Source: Candidatus Poribacteria bacterium
GTDB taxonomy: Bacteria > Poribacteria > WGA-4E > PCPOR2b
Assembly: GCA_965208325.1 (NCBI GenBank)
Contig: OZ242326.1
Span: forward strand, 2,080,001 to 2,144,000
Direction: 5' to 3'
Length of the DNA stretch: 64,000 bases
The notes below the pieces were generated by a model, which did no database searches, was not told the DNA's origin, and worked only from the letters and a program-made list of their open reading frames with translations. Shown here in pieces: positions 9,402-18,963 of this stretch. Position numbers and translations under genes: made by a program. Each line of letters starts with the position of its first letter. Position 1 is the first letter of the stretch.

Positions 9402-10430
9402 ATGTCCAATTCCCAAAAGAACGACAGAGAAAAAGTTGACCTCTCGATTGTCATTCCGGTATTCAATGAGGCGGAGAATCTCCACGACCTTTACAGCCGA
9501 CTAACCGATGCGCTTTCAAAACTCAAGAAATCGTATGAAATCATCTTTATTGACGATGGAAGTACTGATCTCAGCTTTGAGATTCTGCGCAAGATGGCTC
9601 AGACGCATACCAATATTCACGCTATCCGTTTTCGCCGCAACTTCGGGCAGACTGCTGCGATGAGTGCGGGCTTCGATTATGCGTGCGGCGAAGTGATTGT
9701 GCCGATGGATGCCGATCTTCAGAATGACCCTTTCGACGTAGAACGGCTGCTAGAGAAATTAGATGACGGCTACGACATTGTCAGTGGGTGGAGAGCGAAT
9801 CGACAAGACGGTTTTTTTCTGCGCCGCATCCCATCAATTCTCGCAAATCGCCTAATCTCCTGGATGACGGGCGTTTACCTCCACGACTTTGGATGTACCT
9901 TGAAAGCCTACCGACGTGAAATACTCGAAAACATTAACCTGTACGGCGAGTTGCACCGTTTTATCCCGGCATTTGCAAATCTGATTGGCGCCCGAATGGC
10001 GGAAATCAAGGTGAGGCATCACCCACGTGCACGCGGGAAATCGAAATACGGCATTTCTCGCACAATTCGGGTCATTTTGGATCTCATCACAGTTAAGTTT
10101 CTCATGAGTTATTCAACGCGTCCAATCCAGATTTTTGGCCTATTTGGCTTAATCTTCTTCCTCTCGGGAATTTGCATTTGCGGATATCTTTCGATTGGGA
10201 AATTGTTTTTCCCGGCGGGCGTTGAATCAGGCATTTTGTCCTATCTTTACGCAGCCACTGGGGAGCGCGGATTTAGTCTAATTGAACGCATGCCGATGCT
10301 GATTTTGGGCGTGCTACTTCTGTTTACAGGCATCCAGTTCATCACAATGGGACTAATAGGCGAATTGGTAATTAGGACTTACCACGAATCTCAGAAGAAG
10401 CCGATTTACGTCATCCGCGACATCATCTGA
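9402..10430 (+). CDS. GT2 polyprenol-phosphate glycosyltransferase (ArnC/GtrB-like)
   Basis: LSIVIPVFNE, IDDGSTD, RRNFGQTAA, MDADLQND; two C-terminal TM helices. Confidence 0.9.
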   Translation: MSNSQKNDREKVDLSIVIPVFNEAENLHDLYSRLTDALSKLKKSYEIIFIDDGSTDLSFEILRKMAQTHTNIHAIRFRRNFGQTAAMSAGFDYACGEVIVPMDADLQNDPFDVERLLEKLDDGYDIVSGWRANRQDGFFLRRIPSILANRLISWMTGVYLHDFGCTLKAYRREILENINLYGELHRFIPAFANLIGARMAEIKVRHHPRARGKSKYGISRTIRVILDLITVKFLMSYSTRPIQIFGLFGLIFFLSGICICGYLSIGKLFFPAGVESGILSYLYAATGERGFSLIERMPMLILGVLLLFTGIQFITMGLIGELVIRTYHESQKKPIYVIRDII

Positions 10431-10574
10431 AGAGAAAGAATGCCGAGTAAATGGGCAGTGCGCAGATTCAACCATTTTCCCACCTAATAGCGGAATGATT
10501 TGACGATTGGATTTCGTCTCGAAAATAACGGATTGAACTCACATTAGAAGAAACTGAAGGAATGCGCCTCGCTG

Positions 10575-10958
10575 ATGAACAATGGCTTAAGCTTTAGAAT
10601 ATTCATACTACTCGTATTAAATGTGTTATTAACAGTTGGCGGGCAACTGCTGCTCAAGCGAGGGATGATGGCTGTGGGCCCGGTTCAGTCCCTGCGAGAC
10701 GCAATTCCCAAGCTCGTCCAAGCCTTATTCAATCCATTCGTCATTGGCGGAATCTCGGTGTACGGATTTACAATGATGATTTGGCTCATCATATTATCAC
10801 GCGTTAAATTGAGTGTTGCCTACCCAATGATTAGCCTCGGCTATGTTATGTCAATTCTGCTGTCGTGGTTATTTCTTAAAGAATCCGTGCCTAAGATTCG
10901 AATCATCGGGGCGGTTGTAATCTGTATCGGTGTTTATCTGGTTGCCCGCAGCGACTGA
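10575..10958 (+). CDS. SMR/EamA-type small membrane protein (ArnE/ArnF-like flippase)
   Basis: Four TM helices; GQLLLKRG, LSRVKLSVAYP, LKESV. Confidence 0.8.
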   Translation: MNNGLSFRIFILLVLNVLLTVGGQLLLKRGMMAVGPVQSLRDAIPKLVQALFNPFVIGGISVYGFTMMIWLIILSRVKLSVAYPMISLGYVMSILLSWLFLKESVPKIRIIGAVVICIGVYLVARSD

Positions 10959-10974
10959 TACAGCGGAGGTCAAA

Positions 10975-11691
10975 GTGGCAGAGATGAGCACCGTGAAGCG
11001 ATCGTACCTAGCGATGCTTTTATCAATTGTTCCAGGAATGGGACAACTCTATTTACGTAAACCGCTGAAGGGTTTGATTCTATTTCTGGGAGTACTCTCT
11101 GCGGGTGCGGTAATTTACATCAGTTCGCTTCCTGTAAATGATTGGCGCGACTTGGTACGCTTCGATGGACTTGAAACATGGTGGAAATCCCGCCAGGCTG
11201 GCATAGAGTCGCGGGAGGATGCTGGAAAGTCCGAACCTACCGCCGTGAAAGCAAAAGAATATCATGAGCGCGATTACCATTTGTACACATTTGACGACAA
11301 CTTCCTGTTTCGCATTGACGCGCAGTTCCAACGGCACTTAGACAGAAAAAGCATCTCGGAAAAATTGCTGCGAATATTTAAGGACAATAACATCCTGCTC
11401 TCTAAGGAAGCCATTGTTTCTATAAAGAAACCCAACACCCGATGGATTATCTCGGACGGAAATCGCACATACGCGGTCAGGAAAGTAGATGGGCAGTTAA
11501 ACATTTTTGCTGTTAAGAATTTAATGTATCGCCCATCCTGGAAGTTAAAAATTAGCGGCTTTATTCAAGGCATTGCCTTCTGGATCTATGCGGTCTTTGA
11601 TAGTTGGAAGGGACGGCGAGGATTCAATCGGCGGGCACTTAAGAAAAAATTGAAGAAAACTGAACGAGATTCAGTAGAAGAGAGTGAATAA
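10975..11691 (+). CDS. Hypothetical membrane protein containing an inserted ~70-aa domain
   Basis: LLSIVPGMGQLY...KG and FWIYAVFDSW ends typical of a small membrane family. GGAGG RBS before GTG 10975. Insert at about 11302-11508. Confidence 0.7.
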   Translation: MAEMSTVKRSYLAMLLSIVPGMGQLYLRKPLKGLILFLGVLSAGAVIYISSLPVNDWRDLVRFDGLETWWKSRQAGIESREDAGKSEPTAVKAKEYHERDYHLYTFDDNFLFRIDAQFQRHLDRKSISEKLLRIFKDNNILLSKEAIVSIKKPNTRWIISDGNRTYAVRKVDGQLNIFAVKNLMYRPSWKLKISGFIQGIAFWIYAVFDSWKGRRGFNRRALKKKLKKTERDSVEESE

Positions 11692-11817
11692 ATCGATGAT
11701 GGTGCGATAAAGAGTTGAATAAGCAAACGATGGCTTTAATTGAGCCGTGAGACATTAGCGTATTCATGTGATGAACGAAATTTAAATACATGCGGATTGG
11801 GTCAAGAAAGGAAAATC

Positions 11818-12189
11818 ATGCCGTTTTTTGCTTCTGAGAAACTACCCAAAATGCAATTATTCCCCGGCGCGCTCAGCGGCATTGTCGCGGGCGAAAATTT
11901 GCTTCTCTCTTTCCTCGAAATGGAAGAGGGGAGTGAAGTTCCGGCGCACAGCCATCCACACGAGCAAGCCGGTATTTTATTATCGGGGAAGATGCGATTC
12001 AGGATTGGTTCAGAGGAATGCCTCATGGAAGCAGGGGATGCATTCATTGTTCCCCCAGACGTGGTGCATTCGGGGAATGTAGTAGAGGGGCCGGCGCGCG
12101 TGTTGGACATCTTCGCCCCGCCCCGAGAAGATTACATTGATAGATACAATAAGTATTCGAGCACTTCAGCTCAGACTCTTTGGAAATAG
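11818..12189 (+). CDS. Cupin domain protein
   Basis: PAHSHPHEQAG...GD...VPPDVVHS...LDIFAPPRED. Confidence 0.88.
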   Translation: MPFFASEKLPKMQLFPGALSGIVAGENLLLSFLEMEEGSEVPAHSHPHEQAGILLSGKMRFRIGSEECLMEAGDAFIVPPDVVHSGNVVEGPARVLDIFAPPREDYIDRYNKYSSTSAQTLWK

Positions 12190-12287
12190 AGGGTAATCTG
12201 GCCTTACTAAAGATTGCCATGAGTCCCGTCGTGCGAGTATGGCGTAATTATTCCCAATCTTTGAGTCCGAGCTAGCAGAAGGCATTT

Positions 12288-15200
12288 ATGCAATCCAAAC
12301 AGTCTAACGAGCACAATCCATACCGTAAAAACATAACATATTCGCAATGCCCCTCGGTTAATCTCTACCCGGGCGAACAACTCCGCGGCTTTGAGGTAAA
12401 AGCCGTCACGCCAATCGACGAACTGCGAGCTACGGCTATTGAACTCGCCCATGAAAATAGCGGCGCACGGCTACTGCATCTCTATGTGGAGGACACCAGA
12501 AACTGGTTTTCAATCAGTCCGATGACTCCGGCACCCGACGATACGGGTGTACAACACATTGTTGAACACTCCGTAATGTCGGGATCTCGAAACTATCCGG
12601 TCAGGAATGTGTTTTTTGAAATGATGAAGATGAGCCTGGCAAGTTTTGACAGCACGAATGCTATGAACGCGGTCGACCACGCCTATTACTATGCTTCAAG
12701 CGGTGTAAAAAAAGACCTATTCAACCTTGCCGAGGTATTCTTTGATTCCGTTTTTCATGCGCTGCTGACCGAGCAGACATTCAAACGCGAGGGGCACCAT
12801 CTTGAACCTGTGGACTCAAATCAACCGACTGGCGGCTTAAAATTTTACGGGATTGTCTATAATGAGGTTAAAAGCGGTAGATCCGATCCAAGAGCGTGCT
12901 TTTATCTCGCCGTGACCGCCGGACTTCTTCCCGACACCTGCTATGCCAACAACGGCGGTGGAGATTCTGCGGCTATGCCGAATCTTACCTACGAAGGTTT
13001 CAAATCCTTTTACCAAACCTACTTTCGTCCGAGCAACTGTTACTTCTTCTTATACGGGAATATTCCAACAGACAATTATTTGGAGTTTCTCGCTGATAAA
13101 CTTGGAGCCATTCCAAAAACTGAAAAAGACGCGGGGCTCCACCCACTTCGACCGGAAATTTCCCGCCAACCGAAATGGAAATCTGCAAAGACGGTGAGAG
13201 TCTGCTATCCGATTGGAGCAGATGAGCCGCTCACCGAAAAGACACATCTGATGCTCAGTTGGTTAATTGGCGATGCAACCGATCCTGAGGACACCGTATT
13301 GTGCCGAATATTGAGCCTTCTCCTCTTTGGCAATGAGGGGGCGCCCCTCCGAAGAGCGATAATAGGTTCCAGACTAGGTACCGACGTATTCGACAGCGGG
13401 TTCATGGACGGACTAACCGGTCCGAACAGCACATTTCACGCCGGACTGTTAGGCAGCGAAGCGGATCGAATTGACACATTCACGGAATTGGTTCTAAATA
13501 CATTAGCAGAAATTGCAGACGCAGATATTGACACGGAAACGGTTGAGGCTGCGTTTCAACAACTCACATATGAATATCAAGAAGTTACGCCGAAGTTACC
13601 GTTTCAGATGATGAAGCGAGTCATAAACGCTTGGATATATGAAAAGGAACCGACCCTCTTTCTTAAGATGGGAGCATGTCTGTCAACTATCCGCAAACGA
13701 TGGGAGCAGAACCCCCGAATTTTCAATGATTTAATTCGGGAAAGACTGCTTAATAACCCGCATCAATTGACGACTGTCCTTTCGCCTGATCCGGGTATGC
13801 AAGCTCGGCTTGACGCTAATGAGAATCAGCGTCTGGAAAAAATACGCGCGCAATTCAGTGATGAGCAGGTGAGACAGATTGCCGCGGAAGCCGGCGAACT
13901 AGAGCGCTTAAACGATCAACCGAACTCACCGGAGGATTTGGCTAAGTTGCCGCAACTGCAGGTCGCCGATCTGCCGGAGAAGCCGCTGCACATTCCCACA
14001 ACCGTGGAATCGGTCAACGGACGTCCCCTCCTCCGCAGCGAAGTCTTTTCAAACGGCGTGAACTACGTGGAACTAAGTTTTGATTTGCGAGGATTACCGC
14101 AGCATTTATGGAGCTACCTACCCCATTACACGAATGCCATCGGTAAGTTTGGCGCCGGCAAAATGAATTACCAACAGATAGCGAAACGCACGGCGGCAGC
14201 TACCGGGGGTGTTGAATGCGCTCCGACTTTTGGCACGCACGCACTTGATTCATGCCGCCCAGTGTGGAACGTGCAGTTTCGATTGAAAACGCTTGACGGT
14301 AAGATTGAGGATGCAATGCGTTTACTGCAAGATTTGGTATTCGCAGTCAACCCGCGCGATAAGGAGCGTTTATACGTTGTGCTCAATCAGGCAATGACAA
14401 CATTTCGGACTTACATGCAGGGTTACCGCGGCCCAAATATAGCCAACCATCATGCTGCACGCGGGTTTTCGCCTCAGGCATACCTATCGGAAATAGTCTT
14501 TGGGCTCCCTCAGCTGCGTAGGATTGAAAACCTGCTCAATCGAGTTGACGAATGCCATGACCAACTCGGTGAGAACCTTGCACAGATTCGAGATTTCCTG
14601 TTGGTACGCGGCCGCGTCACGGCAAGTTTTACGGGCACTGATAAAGCGAATGGCGTGTTTCAAAGAAAATTCAAAGAGTGGATTGGCAGTATGCGTGATG
14701 AGTCGTTAACTCCGGCGCCAACGGGGTTTGAACCCTTTGAGAAATATCCGCGCGAAGGACTGGCGGCGCCAGTTGATGTAGCGTACTGCACGCAAGTAAT
14801 GCCGGCGCCGCACTACTCGCACAAAAACTCAAGCCTTTTGACTGTAGGAGCGAACATCGTTGCATATGACTATGCGTTCAAGGAAATCCGTCTCAAAGGG
14901 AACGCCTATTATGGATCGTTCGCTTACAACCCCTTTGAAGGGCGAATATACCATGACTCCTTCGCTGATCCGCACATTGCTCGAACGCTAGACGTTTTCT
15001 CACGGACGGGTGATTATGTCAGAAAATCGGAGTGGACGCAGAGCGATATTGATCATGCGATTATTTCGAGAGCGGGGTACTTCCAAAAGACACTCCGACC
15101 TAGCCAAGCCGCAGCCGATGCGCTCACGAATCATCTCACAGGTCAGACGCAGGAAGTTATTGAAGAAAAATATGACCAACTGCGAAGCGCAACTCCTAAG

Positions 15201-15335
15201 GAGGTAAAGCGGGCAATGCTCCAAGTTCTTGAGGAAAATCGGGATAAAGCCTCGGTTTGCGTCGTGGCGAGCCGCGAGAAATTAGAAGCCGAAAACAAGA
15301 AAATGGCAACCCCTTTGAGCATTGAGGACATCTAG
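12288..15335 (+). CDS. M16C metallopeptidase (PreP/insulinase family)
   Basis: DDTGVQHIVEHSVMSGSRNYP (HXXEH), GIVYNEV, EIRLKGNAY, DPHI; 1015 aa. Confidence 0.9.
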   Translation: MQSKQSNEHNPYRKNITYSQCPSVNLYPGEQLRGFEVKAVTPIDELRATAIELAHENSGARLLHLYVEDTRNWFSISPMTPAPDDTGVQHIVEHSVMSGSRNYPVRNVFFEMMKMSLASFDSTNAMNAVDHAYYYASSGVKKDLFNLAEVFFDSVFHALLTEQTFKREGHHLEPVDSNQPTGGLKFYGIVYNEVKSGRSDPRACFYLAVTAGLLPDTCYANNGGGDSAAMPNLTYEGFKSFYQTYFRPSNCYFFLYGNIPTDNYLEFLADKLGAIPKTEKDAGLHPLRPEISRQPKWKSAKTVRVCYPIGADEPLTEKTHLMLSWLIGDATDPEDTVLCRILSLLLFGNEGAPLRRAIIGSRLGTDVFDSGFMDGLTGPNSTFHAGLLGSEADRIDTFTELVLNTLAEIADADIDTETVEAAFQQLTYEYQEVTPKLPFQMMKRVINAWIYEKEPTLFLKMGACLSTIRKRWEQNPRIFNDLIRERLLNNPHQLTTVLSPDPGMQARLDANENQRLEKIRAQFSDEQVRQIAAEAGELERLNDQPNSPEDLAKLPQLQVADLPEKPLHIPTTVESVNGRPLLRSEVFSNGVNYVELSFDLRGLPQHLWSYLPHYTNAIGKFGAGKMNYQQIAKRTAAATGGVECAPTFGTHALDSCRPVWNVQFRLKTLDGKIEDAMRLLQDLVFAVNPRDKERLYVVLNQAMTTFRTYMQGYRGPNIANHHAARGFSPQAYLSEIVFGLPQLRRIENLLNRVDECHDQLGENLAQIRDFLLVRGRVTASFTGTDKANGVFQRKFKEWIGSMRDESLTPAPTGFEPFEKYPREGLAAPVDVAYCTQVMPAPHYSHKNSSLLTVGANIVAYDYAFKEIRLKGNAYYGSFAYNPFEGRIYHDSFADPHIARTLDVFSRTGDYVRKSEWTQSDIDHAIISRAGYFQKTLRPSQAAADALTNHLTGQTQEVIEEKYDQLRSATPKEVKRAMLQVLEENRDKASVCVVASREKLEAENKKMATPLSIEDI

Positions 15336-15569
15336 GACGCACGTAGTTGAACGCCCAAAGGTTCGTATTCGAGGTAGGAGTCTGTACAACTTGAATTCTC
15401 GCAACCAAAGACGATTCATTAATGTTGTCGAGCACCAACTCAATGCGGCACACCTGTCGCCCCGCTGGGGCTTTGTGCGGGGCAAGATGCCCCGCCTACA
15501 AGGTGTGGTGGCGTACACAGTTTTTCCGGATGCGAGAGAACGCCGTTTGATGCATCGGCTCGTAAGTCC
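15334..15569 (+). mobile_element. MITE-like element, family B copy 1, containing a GTAG-type REP hairpin
   Basis: Imperfect inverted ends AGGACGCACG...CGTAAGTCC; the left end overlaps the peptidase TAG stop. REP at 15477-15499. The left end matches the reverse complement of 51400-51422 at 18/23 positions. Confidence 0.55.
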
Positions 15570-15617
15570 GGCTATTGCACAAATATGAGGAGTACGGTGA
15601 AGCATCAGGAATATGGC

Positions 15618-16169
15618 ATGAAAGCGTTATGGATTCGCTTCAGTCTCGTTTTGCTAACGGTTACGTTTGCTTGTTCGGATAGAAACTCACCGGACGACGT
15701 TGCCGAAGATTTCATCTATAACTACTATCTGCGTGCGAACCAGGAAGCTGCGCTGCATTTGAGCGAAGCGTTGGCTGAAGAGAAATTAAAATCGGAAATC
15801 GAATTATTGCGTAACGTCCGCCAGCCGGGTGAAGCACCGGACAGTCCGCCGAAAATTAAGTATAAAATGATAGGGAAAAAAGTCTACAATGAAAGCGTTG
15901 TCCGGTTAAAGAATGGGAAAGAAATCATCGGGGTAGTTGAAGGAAATGATAAAAACGCACCTACAGCGTTCACAATTAGACCCCGCGATGGCGAGAGCAT
16001 GACAATGCCTAGCGGCGAGGTTGACCGCATCGTTGAACAGAAGCGTGTTTTTTTCAGCTATCGACTGACGGTCAAGGACGCTGAAAACTTGATTCCGCCC
16101 CGCACCGCTGTGCTTTACACTGAATTAATCGAAGGCGAGTGGAAGGTCGTGAATTTTGACGAATACTAA
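15618..16169 (+). CDS. Hypothetical lipoprotein
   Basis: Lipobox TFAC; SPDDVAEDF...GEWKVVNF NTF2-like frame with an apparent internal insert. Confidence 0.7.
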   Translation: MKALWIRFSLVLLTVTFACSDRNSPDDVAEDFIYNYYLRANQEAALHLSEALAEEKLKSEIELLRNVRQPGEAPDSPPKIKYKMIGKKVYNESVVRLKNGKEIIGVVEGNDKNAPTAFTIRPRDGESMTMPSGEVDRIVEQKRVFFSYRLTVKDAENLIPPRTAVLYTELIEGEWKVVNFDEY

Positions 16170-16175
16170 AGGTTT

Positions 16176-17630
16176 TTAGCCCTTTATTACACCGACTGGA
16201 CGCATGCGCGCAACCCGCCGCGAGAGACCTGCCGCATCAACAACCTTGACGACTTCATCGACATCTTTGTAGGCTTCGGGGACTTCCTCGTGGAGTGTTC
16301 GCCGACCTTCAGCCCGCACAAAGATTCCTTGTTTTTCAAGATGTTGAGCAATGGCACGCCCCTTTGTTAACTCCACCGCTTTTCGACGTGAAAGCATACG
16401 TCCTGCGCCGTGGCAGGTGGTTCCCCAAGTCTGTTCCATCGCCGATGGGCTTCCGACGAGGACGTAAGATGCGGTTCCCATGTCGCCGGGGATTAGCACG
16501 GGCTGCCCAATATTCTGGTACTTCTCCGGAATTTCAGGGTGTCCGGCTGGAAAGGCTCTCGTCGCGCCTTTGCGATGGACGAACAATTCACGTTCCTCAC
16601 CGTCCACAAGATGTTTCTCAAATTTCCCAATGTTGTGAGCAACATCGTAAACTAACTCCAACCCTAGTTCATGTTCGCTGGTTTCGAAAAAGTCCATGAA
16701 TACCTGCCGCACCCAGTGCATGATGCACTGACGATTATTCCAGGCATAGTTTGCGCCGCAAGCCATTGCGGCGATATAGTCTTCTCCCTCTTTCGAGTTT
16801 ATTGGCGCGGACGCGAGTTGGCGGTCGGGGAGGTTGATTCCATACTTTTTGGCAACGTCTATCCATGTCTTGACGTGCTCGTCGCACACTTGATAGCCGA
16901 AGCCGCGTGAACCGGTGTGAATCATCACGCAAATTTGCCCTTCGGATAACCCCATGACCTCTGCTGCCTCGCGATAGAGCACTCGATCGACTACTTGAAC
17001 TTCTAGGAAGTGATTCCCGGAACCGAGCGTGCCGAGCTGGTTTTTCCCGCGCTCAAGTGCGCGTTTGCTAGGCGCGCCAGCGTCGGCGAAATCCAGAAAC
17101 CCGTTTGCCTCCGTAAATTGGAGATCTTCAATATTGCCGTATTCGCGCTCAACTGCCCAGCGTGATCCTTTCGAAAGCATCTCCTTTTCTTCCTGAACGG
17201 AGAGCCGTATCTTTCCACTGGAACCCACGCCGCATGGGATATTGTCAAACAGCTTGCCCACGAGACTTTTGATTTTGCCATCTACGTGTTTAATGTTGAG
17301 GTTTGTCCGTATCAGACGCACGCCGCAGTTTAGGTCGTAACCGATTCCGCCCGGAGAGACAACACCGTCCGCTTGTGGATCTGTCGCCGCAACGCCGCCT
17401 ATTACGAATCCATAACCCCAATGCAAGTCTGGCATAGCGAGCGAATGTTTTACGATTCCCGGCAAATGCGCCACATTTGCGACTTGTTGCAAGGCTTCGT
17501 CGCTCTTCGCTTGCCGGAGCAATTTCTCGTTCGCATAGACTATTCCATCAACACGCATCCCTTTCATATAGCTTTTTGGGATACGCCATCGGTATTGGTC
17601 AATTTTTGATAGAGGTATATTCTTGGACAT
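16176..17630 (-). CDS. rtcB: RNA-splicing ligase RtcB
   Basis: MPDLHWGYGF, GYDLNCG, LGSGNHFLE, HTGSRG, HRKGAT, HGAGR, EVPEAYK. Confidence 0.96.
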   Translation of the reverse strand: MSKNIPLSKIDQYRWRIPKSYMKGMRVDGIVYANEKLLRQAKSDEALQQVANVAHLPGIVKHSLAMPDLHWGYGFVIGGVAATDPQADGVVSPGGIGYDLNCGVRLIRTNLNIKHVDGKIKSLVGKLFDNIPCGVGSSGKIRLSVQEEKEMLSKGSRWAVEREYGNIEDLQFTEANGFLDFADAGAPSKRALERGKNQLGTLGSGNHFLEVQVVDRVLYREAAEVMGLSEGQICVMIHTGSRGFGYQVCDEHVKTWIDVAKKYGINLPDRQLASAPINSKEGEDYIAAMACGANYAWNNRQCIMHWVRQVFMDFFETSEHELGLELVYDVAHNIGKFEKHLVDGEERELFVHRKGATRAFPAGHPEIPEKYQNIGQPVLIPGDMGTASYVLVGSPSAMEQTWGTTCHGAGRMLSRRKAVELTKGRAIAQHLEKQGIFVRAEGRRTLHEEVPEAYKDVDEVVKVVDAAGLSRRVARMRPVGVIKG

Positions 17631-17703
17631 ATTCTCTTATCGCCTTTGATTTGGTATCGTCTGACAACATCAGCAAAATGAATTGAAATTCAGGATGCCG
17701 GTA

Positions 17704-18867
17704 TCATACGGGTATAAGCTCAGGTAAATTCACCCAAGCGCGGGTTTTCCAGGATTCCATGCCTTTTTCAGCCAATTGAACGCCCTTCGCGCCTTCCAAA
17801 AAATCCCACGGGAATGGCTGGTTTATAACAACATGTTTGAGGAAGAGTTCCCACTGCACCTTAAATGCATTGTCGTAACTCTGCGGATTCGCAACTTTAG
17901 ACCATCCGTCCGAAAAATTGATGGGTTGTTCGATATCGGGATTCCAAACGCAATTCGGGGTGTCGCCAAGTGATTGAATCCAGCAATCGCGCAATCCGGC
18001 AATAGCAGAGGCTTTTGTTCCGTCAACTTGAAGGGTCAGAAGATCGTCACGCCGTACTCGTACCGCCCAAGATGAATTGAATTGCGCCACAATACCGCCT
18101 TCCAAATCGAAAGTGGCGTATCCGGCGTCTTCAGCGGTACATTGATAAGGCACTCCCGATTCATCGCGGCGCGATTTAACATGTGTCGCGCCGAAACAGG
18201 AAATTGCTTTTACATTTCCAAAAAGGTTGTCGAGCAGATAGCGCCAGTGACATAGCATATCTAGGATGATTCCGCCGCCGTCCTCCTGGCGGTAGTTCCA
18301 AGAAGGCCGCTGTGCGGGGATAGTATCCCCGTCAAAGACCCAATATCCGAATTCTCCGCGAACCGACAGAATTCTGCCTAAACTCCCCTTTTTAATTAGC
18401 CCTTCTAATTTTTTGATGCCGGGCAACCAGAGCTTATCCTGAACGACGCCATTTTTGAGTTTAGCCTTCGCCGCAGCTTGATATAACCGATAAGCCTCCT
18501 CTGTTGTAGCAGCCGATGGTTTTTCGCAATAAATGTGTTTGCCAGCGGCAATCGCCTTTTGCACCGAATCGACCCGCATTGAAGTCGTCTGTGCGTCAAA
18601 ATAAACAGGATATGCCGAATCGGACAGTGCATTCTCCAAATTAGTCGTCCACTTGTTTACGCCGGATAATCGAGACAGTTCTTCCAATTTTGCAGGATTG
18701 CGGCCAACCAGTATCGGATTAGGCATTATAACTTCCGAATTGCCAATTTCTAACCCCCCTTGCTTAATGATCGCAAGGATTGAGCGAAGCAGGTGCTGAT
18801 TGGTTCCCATTCGGCCGGTTACTCCGTTCATAATTATACCGACCCGGTGGATTTTGGATTTATGCAT
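17704..18867 (-). CDS. Gfo/Idh/MocA family oxidoreductase
   Basis: NGVTGRMG, KHIYCEKP, GGGIILDMLCHW. Confidence 0.9.
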   Translation of the reverse strand: MHKSKIHRVGIIMNGVTGRMGTNQHLLRSILAIIKQGGLEIGNSEVIMPNPILVGRNPAKLEELSRLSGVNKWTTNLENALSDSAYPVYFDAQTTSMRVDSVQKAIAAGKHIYCEKPSAATTEEAYRLYQAAAKAKLKNGVVQDKLWLPGIKKLEGLIKKGSLGRILSVRGEFGYWVFDGDTIPAQRPSWNYRQEDGGGIILDMLCHWRYLLDNLFGNVKAISCFGATHVKSRRDESGVPYQCTAEDAGYATFDLEGGIVAQFNSSWAVRVRRDDLLTLQVDGTKASAIAGLRDCWIQSLGDTPNCVWNPDIEQPINFSDGWSKVANPQSYDNAFKVQWELFLKHVVINQPFPWDFLEGAKGVQLAEKGMESWKTRAWVNLPELIPV

Positions 18868-18963
18868 CGTAGGGATTTGTTATGTGTTTATTTGGGTTAA
18901 TCAATACATCCCGACATGGTGCTTTGGTTGAAAGCAGAGTATATCAGCTTGCGTCTATTTTGG

